A stretch of 20,000 bases of DNA from an uncultured virus (IMG/VR IMGVR_UViG_3300020048_000102) (lineage: Duplodnaviria; Heunggongvirae; Uroviricota; Caudoviricetes): IMG/VR virus record IMGVR_UViG_3300020048_000102, one strand, 5' to 3'. The translations under genes were made by a program, and so were the position numbers. Shown in pieces: positions 9,550-17,088 of this stretch. Every line of letters begins with the position of its first letter. The first letter of the stretch is position 1. The notes under the pieces are model-generated. The model searched no databases, was not told the origin of the DNA, and worked only from the letters and a program-made list of their open reading frames with translations.

Positions 9550-9849
9550 TCATATTCCCAATGAAGATTGTAGGACATTCTGTTTTGGAATGTAAATTTT
9601 AATGCCTTGAACAAAATCAAATAGCGGGTCTTTTATAGTGTTTGGATTTCTCTGAGCGAACACCCACCATAATCTACTATCATTATATAAATCGCTTGCT
9701 AATAAATCCGGGCGAAGATTGTATACTGGTGTTATCTCCCAATACATGTCGGTTGGATCACTGAAAATAGGTCTATTGACCATGATATCCAGATATTGTC
9801 TATTGACTACATCTGTTAAATAATATGGACTTGTTGGTGGATAATTCAT
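9550..9849 (-). CDS. gp53: Baseplate wedge gp53-like / LysM-fold protein
   Basis: Contains RPDLLASDLYNDSRLWWVFAQRNP...DP...G.KIYIP. The likely start is the ATG at 9849, which overlaps the upstream TAA (TAATG coupling). Confidence 0.8.
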   Translation of the reverse strand: MNYPPTSPYYLTDVVNRQYLDIMVNRPIFSDPTDMYWEITPVYNLRPDLLASDLYNDSRLWWVFAQRNPNTIKDPLFDFVQGIKIYIPKQNVLQSSLGI

Positions 9850-11516
9850 TACCACATACCTCCGCCGGTTCCTGGATTAACACTGCCTCGTAATAATTTT
9901 CCACTAGCGTAATCTCTAAGACTAAACTTGTTGCTAACGGCATTTCTAGTAGCGATAGGCAAGAATGACAACTGAATATTTATTTTAGTTGGAACTCTAG
10001 TTATCTCGTTGATATTTTGTGAATTTTGAAATATTGGAGGTGGAGGAAGACCACCTTTACTTATTCCAGAACTAACTAATGAACGCAATCTATCTAGTGG
10101 ACTAAAAGATCTAGCCGCGGTGGGTGTGTATGGCGCCAGATTTAGTCCACCTGCCGAACTGGTATTGTTGGTAGGATATGCGCTAATGTAATCAACGTCA
10201 ACTGGCAAGTTATACGTAAAGTTAGTAAGTACCATAGGATGCCTATCGAACTGATACTGTCCATGACCGCTTAAGTAACATATTGGCGGTGGAATTCCTC
10301 GGGACGGGTCTTGATCTTGTCCATAAAACATTTTTGTCATTGATCTGAAAAAATGTATGACTGCCAACATATAATTTGCCTCTACAGTATTTTGTGCAGT
10401 AAAATCACCGGTTATCATGATATTTTCTATGCTACTGTTTTTATAGCTATAGAACTTGTAGTTTGTATGAACAATATCAAGTGGCGTATAACTAGCAGTG
10501 TAGCTAACAGTTATTTGGGGCAGATAAGGAAATATTACACCATTTGTTGCCGCGAGTGGTTTTAAAATTCCGGCATCGCTTGAGTTATAGAAATAATCAG
10601 CCGCGTCGGCAAGTTGTATCCTGACTCTCCAATCCGGATTTGCTTTACCAACCGCCTGTTCTCTAGCAGTATTAACTAGTGTCTGAGTTTGTGGGAAATT
10701 TTCAGTAAACTGACTATCTATGTCTGGATTACCCTGTTCAAATCCAAATCCTCCATCTTGAAATTCTTCAAATTCACCCTCATCTTGAAACTCTTCAAAC
10801 TGTGGTAAAACACCGCTGATAGTAACCACTCTGCCAGGCTCGTTATTAACTATTTGCTGTTCAACTGGAAAGCCGTCATCGTCTGGTTCTATCTGTCCGT
10901 TTTCAATCAGAACATCTAGTGCCGCGGCACTATTAGCATCGACTTGCAAAGAGGAATTTCCGGTTTCTGCTAATCGATTGTTGTATGATTCTATATAATC
11001 TATCTGTGATTGATTAAAAACAAATGGTTGCTGCTCATTGGGCGCAGCGTATCCTAGTGGGTCGTCTTCTGCAGTTGGCAAGTTTGGTTCGCTGGGAGTA
11101 GGAACAGGTGGCTCCGTTTCACTGGCTTGTTTTGTTGCCGCGGCGGTTTGTTCATCAAACTGAGTTTGTTGATTTTGTTCAGGTTGGGTTTTGGCAGAAC
11201 TTAACTCTTGTACTTGAACTCGTGCCGTTTCGTAATCAGCTCTAGCAACTTCCAATTCTTTACGTAACGGTGCAAATTCTCGATTTGCCTGAGAAAAGGC
11301 GCTGAGTGCTTTCTGTGCCTCTAGGTTTAATCTGTTGGCTTCTTCAGTGTTTCCTGTTGCCTCCGCCACTCTTTTTTCGGCAATAAGTCTTCTTGCCTCC
11401 TCGGCCTGCTCCTGCACTATGGACCTCAATGACTGATAATTAGGATCTTCATTGAGTCTGTTGAAAGTATCGGCTGCTTCTAACTGTTTTTGTTTTAAGT
11501 CTTGTAGGGTAGACAT
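9849..11516 (-). CDS. Tail-tube initiator / baseplate-tube junction protein (gp48/gp54-like) with an N-terminal coiled-coil and acidic extension
   Basis: The C-terminal half (DWRVRI...GVIFPYLPQITVSYTASY...HTNY...YKNS...ITGDFTAQ...PPPICYLSGHG...PMVLTNFTYNLP) fits tube-fold initiator proteins. The gene lies directly upstream of the LysM/gp53 gene. Confidence 0.65.
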   Translation of the reverse strand: MSTLQDLKQKQLEAADTFNRLNEDPNYQSLRSIVQEQAEEARRLIAEKRVAEATGNTEEANRLNLEAQKALSAFSQANREFAPLRKELEVARADYETARVQVQELSSAKTQPEQNQQTQFDEQTAAATKQASETEPPVPTPSEPNLPTAEDDPLGYAAPNEQQPFVFNQSQIDYIESYNNRLAETGNSSLQVDANSAAALDVLIENGQIEPDDDGFPVEQQIVNNEPGRVVTISGVLPQFEEFQDEGEFEEFQDGGFGFEQGNPDIDSQFTENFPQTQTLVNTAREQAVGKANPDWRVRIQLADAADYFYNSSDAGILKPLAATNGVIFPYLPQITVSYTASYTPLDIVHTNYKFYSYKNSSIENIMITGDFTAQNTVEANYMLAVIHFFRSMTKMFYGQDQDPSRGIPPPICYLSGHGQYQFDRHPMVLTNFTYNLPVDVDYISAYPTNNTSSAGGLNLAPYTPTAARSFSPLDRLRSLVSSGISKGGLPPPPIFQNSQNINEITRVPTKINIQLSFLPIATRNAVSNKFSLRDYASGKLLRGSVNPGTGGGMW

Positions 11517-11545
11517 AGATTTTCCAGTGATATAATATCGCTTTT

Positions 11546-11568
11546 ACTATTTAGTCTAGATAAATAGT
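11546..11568. promoter_or_regulatory. Back-to-back late-promoter-like motifs forming an inverted repeat
   Basis: ACTATTTA-gtctaga-TAAATAGT. CTAAATA on the minus strand (11548-11554) faces the baseplate operon; ATAAATA on the plus strand (11560-11566) faces the sigma gene. Confidence 0.65.
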
Positions 11569-11602
11569 CGTGTATTTTCATCTCCAATTCTTCCAATTAC
11601 AC

Positions 11603-11630
11603 TTGACTTTTGTTGTAGTTATGCTACAAT
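11603..11630 (+). promoter_or_regulatory. Host sigma70-type early promoter for the late-sigma gene
   Basis: TTGACT, a 16-nt spacer, then TACAAT with an extended -10 TG, 23 nt upstream of ATG 11654. Confidence 0.7.
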
Positions 11631-11653
11631 TGCAATAACTTTTAAGCGAAACC

Positions 11654-12595
11654 ATGATATCAACCACTCCAAAAAAGAACTATTTAAATAACAAAGACAT
11701 TCTCAAAGAAATTCATCTTAGTAAGAATACATTCTGTTCATTTGTTAAACCAGAATATCATCACTATGATTTAATCATTGATTATCTAGATAACAATGAC
11801 TTACAGCGTAGTCTAGAATACGCTAGTAAATCAGAAGTAATACAGCGTGCTAGAGAAGCCAGAGCGGCTAGACTAACACAGCAAGAAATTCTTGACGGAA
11901 CTAGAGAAAAAACAGATAAAATAGATCCAGACACGATTAATGTTGAAGACGTAGTATTTCGTGTTATGACCTGGGATCATATACCATTATCACCGAAAGT
12001 AGCCAGAAAATCCACTAAAACAAAATCAGCAAAAGAAATATTTGAGTTTGATATTGAACTCGAAGAACCATTATTTGAAGATTTAGAAAATGATTTACAA
12101 TTAGAAAAAGAAATGGGTTTGGATAATATGGTTCATGTTCGCTTGAATTTTCCTCCGTTTCAGCACTTCAAAATTGATAGCGATGGCTCATTTTACTGTG
12201 TAGGAAAAAGTCATTGGATAGGTAATATGGAAACCGGTGAGTTTAGTAAGGATCATGGGCAACTTACCAATAAATTAGCACACATGTATCTAAAACTGTG
12301 TGAAAAATATTCATTACGTTATAACTGGCGTGGCTATACATACGTGGACGAAATGCGCGGCGCGGCTATTCTACAACTGACCTACGTCGGTCTACGTTTT
12401 AATGAAGCAAAAAGTCAAAATCCTTTTGCATATTACACAGCAGCGATAACAAATTCATTCTGTCGTGTGTTAAATACCGAAAAACGTGTGCAGAATATTC
12501 GTGATGATATCTTAGAAATGAATGACCTTAATCCTTCATATTCCAGACAACACAGTCATGATTTAGCAAACGAGAAAAAAAGAAACGGAATCTGA
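11654..12595 (+). CDS. gp55: Phage late-transcription sigma factor, T4 gp55-like
   Basis: N-terminus NYLNNKDILKEI. The segment NWRGYTYVDEM...F...KSQNPFAYYTAAITNSFCRVLNTEKR matches gp55 region 2. The gene lies directly upstream of gp47/gp46, as in T4-like phages. Confidence 0.88.
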   Translation: MISTTPKKNYLNNKDILKEIHLSKNTFCSFVKPEYHHYDLIIDYLDNNDLQRSLEYASKSEVIQRAREARAARLTQQEILDGTREKTDKIDPDTINVEDVVFRVMTWDHIPLSPKVARKSTKTKSAKEIFEFDIELEEPLFEDLENDLQLEKEMGLDNMVHVRLNFPPFQHFKIDSDGSFYCVGKSHWIGNMETGEFSKDHGQLTNKLAHMYLKLCEKYSLRYNWRGYTYVDEMRGAAILQLTYVGLRFNEAKSQNPFAYYTAAITNSFCRVLNTEKRVQNIRDDILEMNDLNPSYSRQHSHDLANEKKRNGI

Positions 12596-12620
12596 TATTT
12601 TATCAATACTACCGAAACTA

Positions 12621-12650
12621 TTGATTTTTGCCATGTTATTATGTTAATAT
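12621..12650 (+). promoter_or_regulatory. Possible sigma70-type promoter for gp47
   Basis: TTGATT, an 18-nt spacer, then TAATAT with an extended -10 TG. It ends 6 nt before ATG 12657. Confidence 0.45.
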
Positions 12651-12656
12651 ACTAAT

Positions 12657-13673
12657 ATGAGCAACTTATTTAAACGAGCAGCGGTTTTTACCGATATTCA
12701 CTGGGGACTAAAGAGCAACAGTATTCAACATAATACTGATTGTGCCAATTTTATCGATTGGTTCATTGCCGAGTCTAAACGACACGATTGTGAAACTTGT
12801 TTCTTTTTAGGAGACTGGAATCACAATCGTGCCGCTATTAATTTACAAACACTACAATTTGGATTACGTGCACTTGAGCGTTTAAATGATTCATTTAAAC
12901 AGGTGTATTTTATTCCAGGTAACCATGATCTTTACTATCGTGAAAAGCGTGATGTTCACGGAGTAGAATGGGCCAAACATTTACCCAATGTTACCATTGT
13001 CAATGACTGGTTTACAGAGGGTGATGTTACGATTGCTCCCTGGATAGTAGGCGACGAGTGGAGACGATTATCCACAATGTCTGGAAAATACATGTTTGGT
13101 CACTTTGAGTTGCCACACTTTTACATGAATAGTTTTGTAGAAATGCCCGATCATGGTGAAATCAAGAGTTCTCATCTTTCCGGGTTTGAACATGTCTTCT
13201 CTGGTCATTTTCACAAGAGACAAACTAAATCTAATATTACCTACATTGGAAATGCGTTTCCACACAACTTTGCTGATGCCGGAGATGACGAGCGTGGCAT
13301 GATGATACTGGAATGGGGTAGTAAACCACAATACTTGAACTGGCCTAATGCTCCTAAATTTAGAGTTTATCGACTAAGCCAGGTTCTTGATAATCCATCA
13401 GCGTTGTTATTACCTGATAGTTATGTTAAAGTTAATCTAGATATCAATATTTCATTCGAAGAGGCGAATTTTATTCGTGAAAAATTAATGCCAGAACATC
13501 GTCTACGAGAACTAACTCTTATTCCTATTAAAATGGTCACTACCGATGACGGAACTGATATTTCAAATATTCATTTGGAAGGAATAGATTCAATTGTACA
13601 AAATCAAATTGATGAAATTCAAGATGGTGCCTACGATAAACGACTATTACTAGAGATTTACAAAAATCTATGA
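12657..13673 (+). CDS. gp47: Recombination nuclease, gp47/Mre11/SbcD metallophosphoesterase
   Basis: Contains motifs TDIHWG, GDWNH, GNHD, GHFE and SGHFH. It overlaps the next gene through ATGA. Confidence 0.93.
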   Translation: MSNLFKRAAVFTDIHWGLKSNSIQHNTDCANFIDWFIAESKRHDCETCFFLGDWNHNRAAINLQTLQFGLRALERLNDSFKQVYFIPGNHDLYYREKRDVHGVEWAKHLPNVTIVNDWFTEGDVTIAPWIVGDEWRRLSTMSGKYMFGHFELPHFYMNSFVEMPDHGEIKSSHLSGFEHVFSGHFHKRQTKSNITYIGNAFPHNFADAGDDERGMMILEWGSKPQYLNWPNAPKFRVYRLSQVLDNPSALLLPDSYVKVNLDINISFEEANFIREKLMPEHRLRELTLIPIKMVTTDDGTDISNIHLEGIDSIVQNQIDEIQDGAYDKRLLLEIYKNL

Positions 13674-15742
13674 GCATAAAATTTAAAACCCTAACTTTAC
13701 GCAATTTTCTATCTGTTGGACAGATAACCCAAACAGTTAACTTTGATAATCAAACACTTACGTTAATATTAGGCGAGAATTTGGATTTGGGTGGCGACGG
13801 TGCTAAGAATGGAACTGGAAAAACAACCATACTTCAGGGTCTAAGTTACGCACTATTTGGCTCTGCTATCAACAACATCAAACGTGACAATCTTATCAAC
13901 AGAACTAACGTCAAAAATATGATGGTTACTGTTGAATTCAGTGTCAATGATACAGAATATAGAATAGAGCGTGGAAGAAAACCAACATTCTTGAGATTGT
14001 ACGTCAATAATCAAGAACAACAATCAGACACGGAATCAAGCGATAGTCAGGGCGATAGTCGTGAAACTCAAGATCATATTGAACGCATTATGTCTATGTC
14101 AGCGGATATGTTCAAGCATATTATTGGACTGAACAGTTACAGCGAACCATTTTTATCACTAAAAGCAAACGACCAACGTGTCATTATTGAACAATTACTT
14201 GGTATTACACTGTTAAGTGAAAAGGCTGATCAACTTAAGGAAATGAATAAGGGCGTCAAAGATACTATTCAAAGTGAAGAGTATAGTATTCGAGGCATCG
14301 AGGAGGCTAATAAACGTATCAGTGAACAGATAGATAACTTGAAAAAACGTCAACGTTTATGGTCTCTTAAACGCGAAGAAGACTTGATGAAGTTATTTGC
14401 TGAGTATGAAGAATTATCTAAGATAGATATCGAGCATGAACTTCGCAGTCATAAGGATTTATCCGAGCATGTTCGGTTACGTGACCTAAAATCACAGCGT
14501 GATTCGCTTGTTGCTAGACAAACTAGTTGGATGACCAGCAGAGATCGAGAAATATCAGATCTACAACTGGAACTATCAAAACTTGATTCTATCGATATAG
14601 AACACGAATTACAGAAACACTCCGATCTAAAAACTTACAATGAATTAACAAAGTTAAAGTTAGATCAAGATTTAGAAATTGCTAGACTAGGAAAAGAAAT
14701 CGCTCGTGAAACTAAAACGATTGAGAAACTTGAACAGGAAATATCTACACTACAAGATCATAGATGTTACGCTTGTGGTCAAGATTTTCATGATGAACAA
14801 CACACTTCGGTATTGGATAACAAGTCCAGACAGTTAACTGACTGCGTCGATTCTAGATCAGAATTAGAATCCAAATTAGTTGAAACTAAATCCGCAGAGA
14901 TTGTAGTTATTGAAAAACCTGTTACACATTACGAAACTGAATCTGATGCTGTCAGACATAGTACCAAGGTTCTGAACTTACAAAATTTAATAGATTCTAA
15001 AAAATCAGAGTCTGACCCGTATCTAGAACAAATTTCTGATATGTCAGAAATTGTTTTGGGACCTGAACCTAAAACTCATTATGATACTGAAGAAGAAGCA
15101 TTTAAGCACCAGGGTCGTGTGTCTAGTCTACTAGAGCAGATCACAAAGAAACACGAGGAGTGTGATCCGTACTCTGAACAAATTCTAGATATGGAACAGG
15201 AAGGATTACAGGAAATTAAATTTGACCGTATCAATGAGTTGACTAGACAACTACAGCATCAGGAATTTTTATTAGATTTATTAACTAATAAAAAATCATT
15301 TGTTCGTCGTAGAATCATTGAACAAAACTTAAGCTATCTAAACAATCGTTTAACACATTATCTAGATAAAATGGGACTTCCACATCAAGTCGTGTTTCAG
15401 AATGATCTATCAGTTGAGATCACAGAACACGGTCGTGATTTAGACTTTGACAATTGTAGTCGAGGAGAAAGAACCAGAATTATTCTAGGATTGTCATTTG
15501 CGTTCCGTGATGTATGGGAATCTCTTTATCATAGTGCTAATCTATTATTTGTTGATGAGTTATTGGATAATGGATTAGATATTATAGGAGTTGAGAACGC
15601 TGTGGGACTACTAAAAGAAATGACTCGACGTAGAAATAAAAGCGTATGGCTAGTAAGTCATCGAGACGAGTTAACTAATCGAGTAGAATCTATTCTCAAA
15701 GTCATAAAAGAAAATGGGTATACTAGTTATGAAAATAGTTAA
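13670..15742 (+). CDS. gp46: Recombination ATPase, gp46/Rad50/SbcC
   Basis: RNFLS start, Walker A NGTGKTT, coiled coils, zinc hook CYAC (14765-14776), signature CSRGE, Walker B LLFVDE and H-loop VSH. Confidence 0.93.
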   Translation: MSIKFKTLTLRNFLSVGQITQTVNFDNQTLTLILGENLDLGGDGAKNGTGKTTILQGLSYALFGSAINNIKRDNLINRTNVKNMMVTVEFSVNDTEYRIERGRKPTFLRLYVNNQEQQSDTESSDSQGDSRETQDHIERIMSMSADMFKHIIGLNSYSEPFLSLKANDQRVIIEQLLGITLLSEKADQLKEMNKGVKDTIQSEEYSIRGIEEANKRISEQIDNLKKRQRLWSLKREEDLMKLFAEYEELSKIDIEHELRSHKDLSEHVRLRDLKSQRDSLVARQTSWMTSRDREISDLQLELSKLDSIDIEHELQKHSDLKTYNELTKLKLDQDLEIARLGKEIARETKTIEKLEQEISTLQDHRCYACGQDFHDEQHTSVLDNKSRQLTDCVDSRSELESKLVETKSAEIVVIEKPVTHYETESDAVRHSTKVLNLQNLIDSKKSESDPYLEQISDMSEIVLGPEPKTHYDTEEEAFKHQGRVSSLLEQITKKHEECDPYSEQILDMEQEGLQEIKFDRINELTRQLQHQEFLLDLLTNKKSFVRRRIIEQNLSYLNNRLTHYLDKMGLPHQVVFQNDLSVEITEHGRDLDFDNCSRGERTRIILGLSFAFRDVWESLYHSANLLFVDELLDNGLDIIGVENAVGLLKEMTRRRNKSVWLVSHRDELTNRVESILKVIKENGYTSYENS

Positions 15743-15783
15743 TAAAATTTTTTTAAAAGAACAAAGGACTGCTAAGTAATAAC

Positions 15784-16305
15784 ATGCCATCACCAAGTAA
15801 AAATAAAGGATCAGGTTTCGAGCGAGAAGTTGCTCGTTACCTTAGTGATCTCTACGGAGAATCGTTTATTCGTGCGCCTGGATCCGGCGCCTACACAGGT
15901 GGTACTAACAGTCATCGTAAACAGATACTTCACGAGGGTCAGATTCGTTCATTTAAGGGCGATATCATACCTGGCGAAAGCTTTACTCGTTTCAACGCTG
16001 AGTGTAAGTTCTATGGTGACTTTGGATTTCATCAGTTGTTCGAGGAGTCCAGACAGCTTGAATCATGGTTAGAGCAGTTAATGACGGCCGGTGATCCTGG
16101 CGACGCAAACATATTGTTTATGAAAATCAATCGTCGTGGCAGATTCGTTGCCGTTGAACAATCTCAAAACTGGAATACTGACTGTAATCACACTGTCTAC
16201 AATAGTACAGGAGATCATGGTCGTTGGTTAGTCTATCGTCTAGAAACATTTTTTGATCTGAATGCTGAACGCCTAAAAACGCTGAGTGGGGTCAATGCAC
16301 AGTAA
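15784..16305 (+). CDS. Holliday junction resolvase-like PD-(D/E)XK nuclease (Hjc type)
   Basis: SKNKGSGFEREVA...SGA...GDII...AECKFY is the Hjc/phage resolvase pattern. Confidence 0.8.
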   Translation: MPSPSKNKGSGFEREVARYLSDLYGESFIRAPGSGAYTGGTNSHRKQILHEGQIRSFKGDIIPGESFTRFNAECKFYGDFGFHQLFEESRQLESWLEQLMTAGDPGDANILFMKINRRGRFVAVEQSQNWNTDCNHTVYNSTGDHGRWLVYRLETFFDLNAERLKTLSGVNAQ

Positions 16306-16492
16306 CAAACGCGACATCAATCGTTGGAAACGACACGCTAAACTTAGAAAAAATAGTCTGGGTGTAGAATCTAAACAACGTGAATCCGATGAACAGTTGA
16401 TTCAACCAGTTGATCCACTTGCTCCTCGTACTATTAGAGTTGTAAAGTTAGACGGTACAGTTCAAATCATTGAAGTAAAAAAGCAACAGTAA
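16295..16492 (+). CDS. Small basic hypothetical protein (about 65 aa)
   Basis: ATG at 16295 overlaps the end of the resolvase gene. Sequence MHSNKRDINRWKRHAKLRKNSLG...RTIRVVKLDGTVQIIEVKKQQ. No family recognised. Confidence 0.5.
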   Translation: MHSNKRDINRWKRHAKLRKNSLGVESKQRESDEQLIQPVDPLAPRTIRVVKLDGTVQIIEVKKQQ

Positions 16493-16538
16493 ACAACTGT
16501 TGTGTTATAGGTCAAACAACAGACCTATTCAAAAAACT

Positions 16539-16866
16539 AGAAACGTTGCTATTGCCGGGTTAGGTTATTACCAGGCTTCAGTGGCCCGATAAAGAAAAAT
16601 GTCGGGAGGAGAAAGACTTAGACTTTGGTTCTGTTCAGTACACACTGGACTATACGCCTTACAGTCAAGCCGTCTATAAACGACTAAGCCCCAAAGGTAA
16701 ACTACTTTGGAACCAGGCAAGCAAGACGTTTTTGCGTTATAATTATATGGTGAATAAGAGTTCTGGGTGCAACCTTTGCGTACAGTCTTTCTCTGTCTGA
16801 GTTCTTCACGGAAACAGATAAAAAGACGGGGGGAGGTTGTGGTATAACATCTCTTACCTCTGTATG
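16539..16866 (+). ncRNA. Candidate large structured non-coding RNA (unassigned)
   Basis: Nested long-range helices and several hairpins. The non-Watson-Crick pairs are G-U when read on the plus strand. No credible ORF. Confidence 0.5.
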
Positions 16867-16869
16867 AGT

Positions 16870-17052
16870 GGGTCATATCGCTTCGCTCAATGACCCGTTG
16901 TTTGTCACTGACGAGCTGTCGCTCGTCTGGCGTGACAACAACAGATTTCTATTAAGTCTATTTCTTCTTAACTGATATCAGTATCAGTTACTGAGTAATT
17001 AAAACACGTCGGGAGTCCCCCGGGACGAACCGACAGGCGAGATATCTCGCCT
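16870..17052. repeat. Cluster of strong inverted repeats and palindromes (bidirectional terminators and/or a DNA cis-element)
   Basis: GGGTCAT/ATGACCC (16870-16896); GTTGT-TGTCAC-GACGAGC/GCTCGTC-GTGACA-ACAAC (16897-16942); TAACTGATA/TATCAGTTA (16969-16990); GTCGG-GTCC/GGAC-CCGAC (17008-17034); perfect palindrome AGGCGAGATATCTCGCCT (17035-17052). Confidence 0.85.
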
Positions 17053-17088
17053 TTAAAATATAGAATGATGAATGTGCGCTCAAAATTT

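Noticed and set aside
2486..10565. Short plus-strand ORFs (2486, 2687, 3420, 3690, 4603, 4746, 6696, 7034, 8269, 10353) and the nested minus-strand ORF at 4199
   Set aside because: Antisense or out-of-frame shadows of long, well-supported structural genes.
15452..15472. Unusual ABC signature CSRGE in gp46
   Set aside because: The key Ser and GE are retained and phage gp46 signatures vary. This is not evidence of inactivation.
16600..16800. Group I intron-like words (AACGACTA ... GTACAGTCT resembling R/S elements)
   Set aside because: P7 would contain an A-C mismatch, I could not identify P/Q elements, and no interrupted gene flanks the region. A cmscan against group I models would settle it.
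16568..16876. 102-aa minus-strand ORF across the structured region
   Set aside because: No recognisable motif, atypical composition and no convincing RBS. The base-pairing pattern explains the region better.
16493..17088. CRISPR array or tRNA genes in the long intergenic region
   Set aside because: No direct repeats with spacers, and no cloverleaf with T-loop and D-loop consensus.
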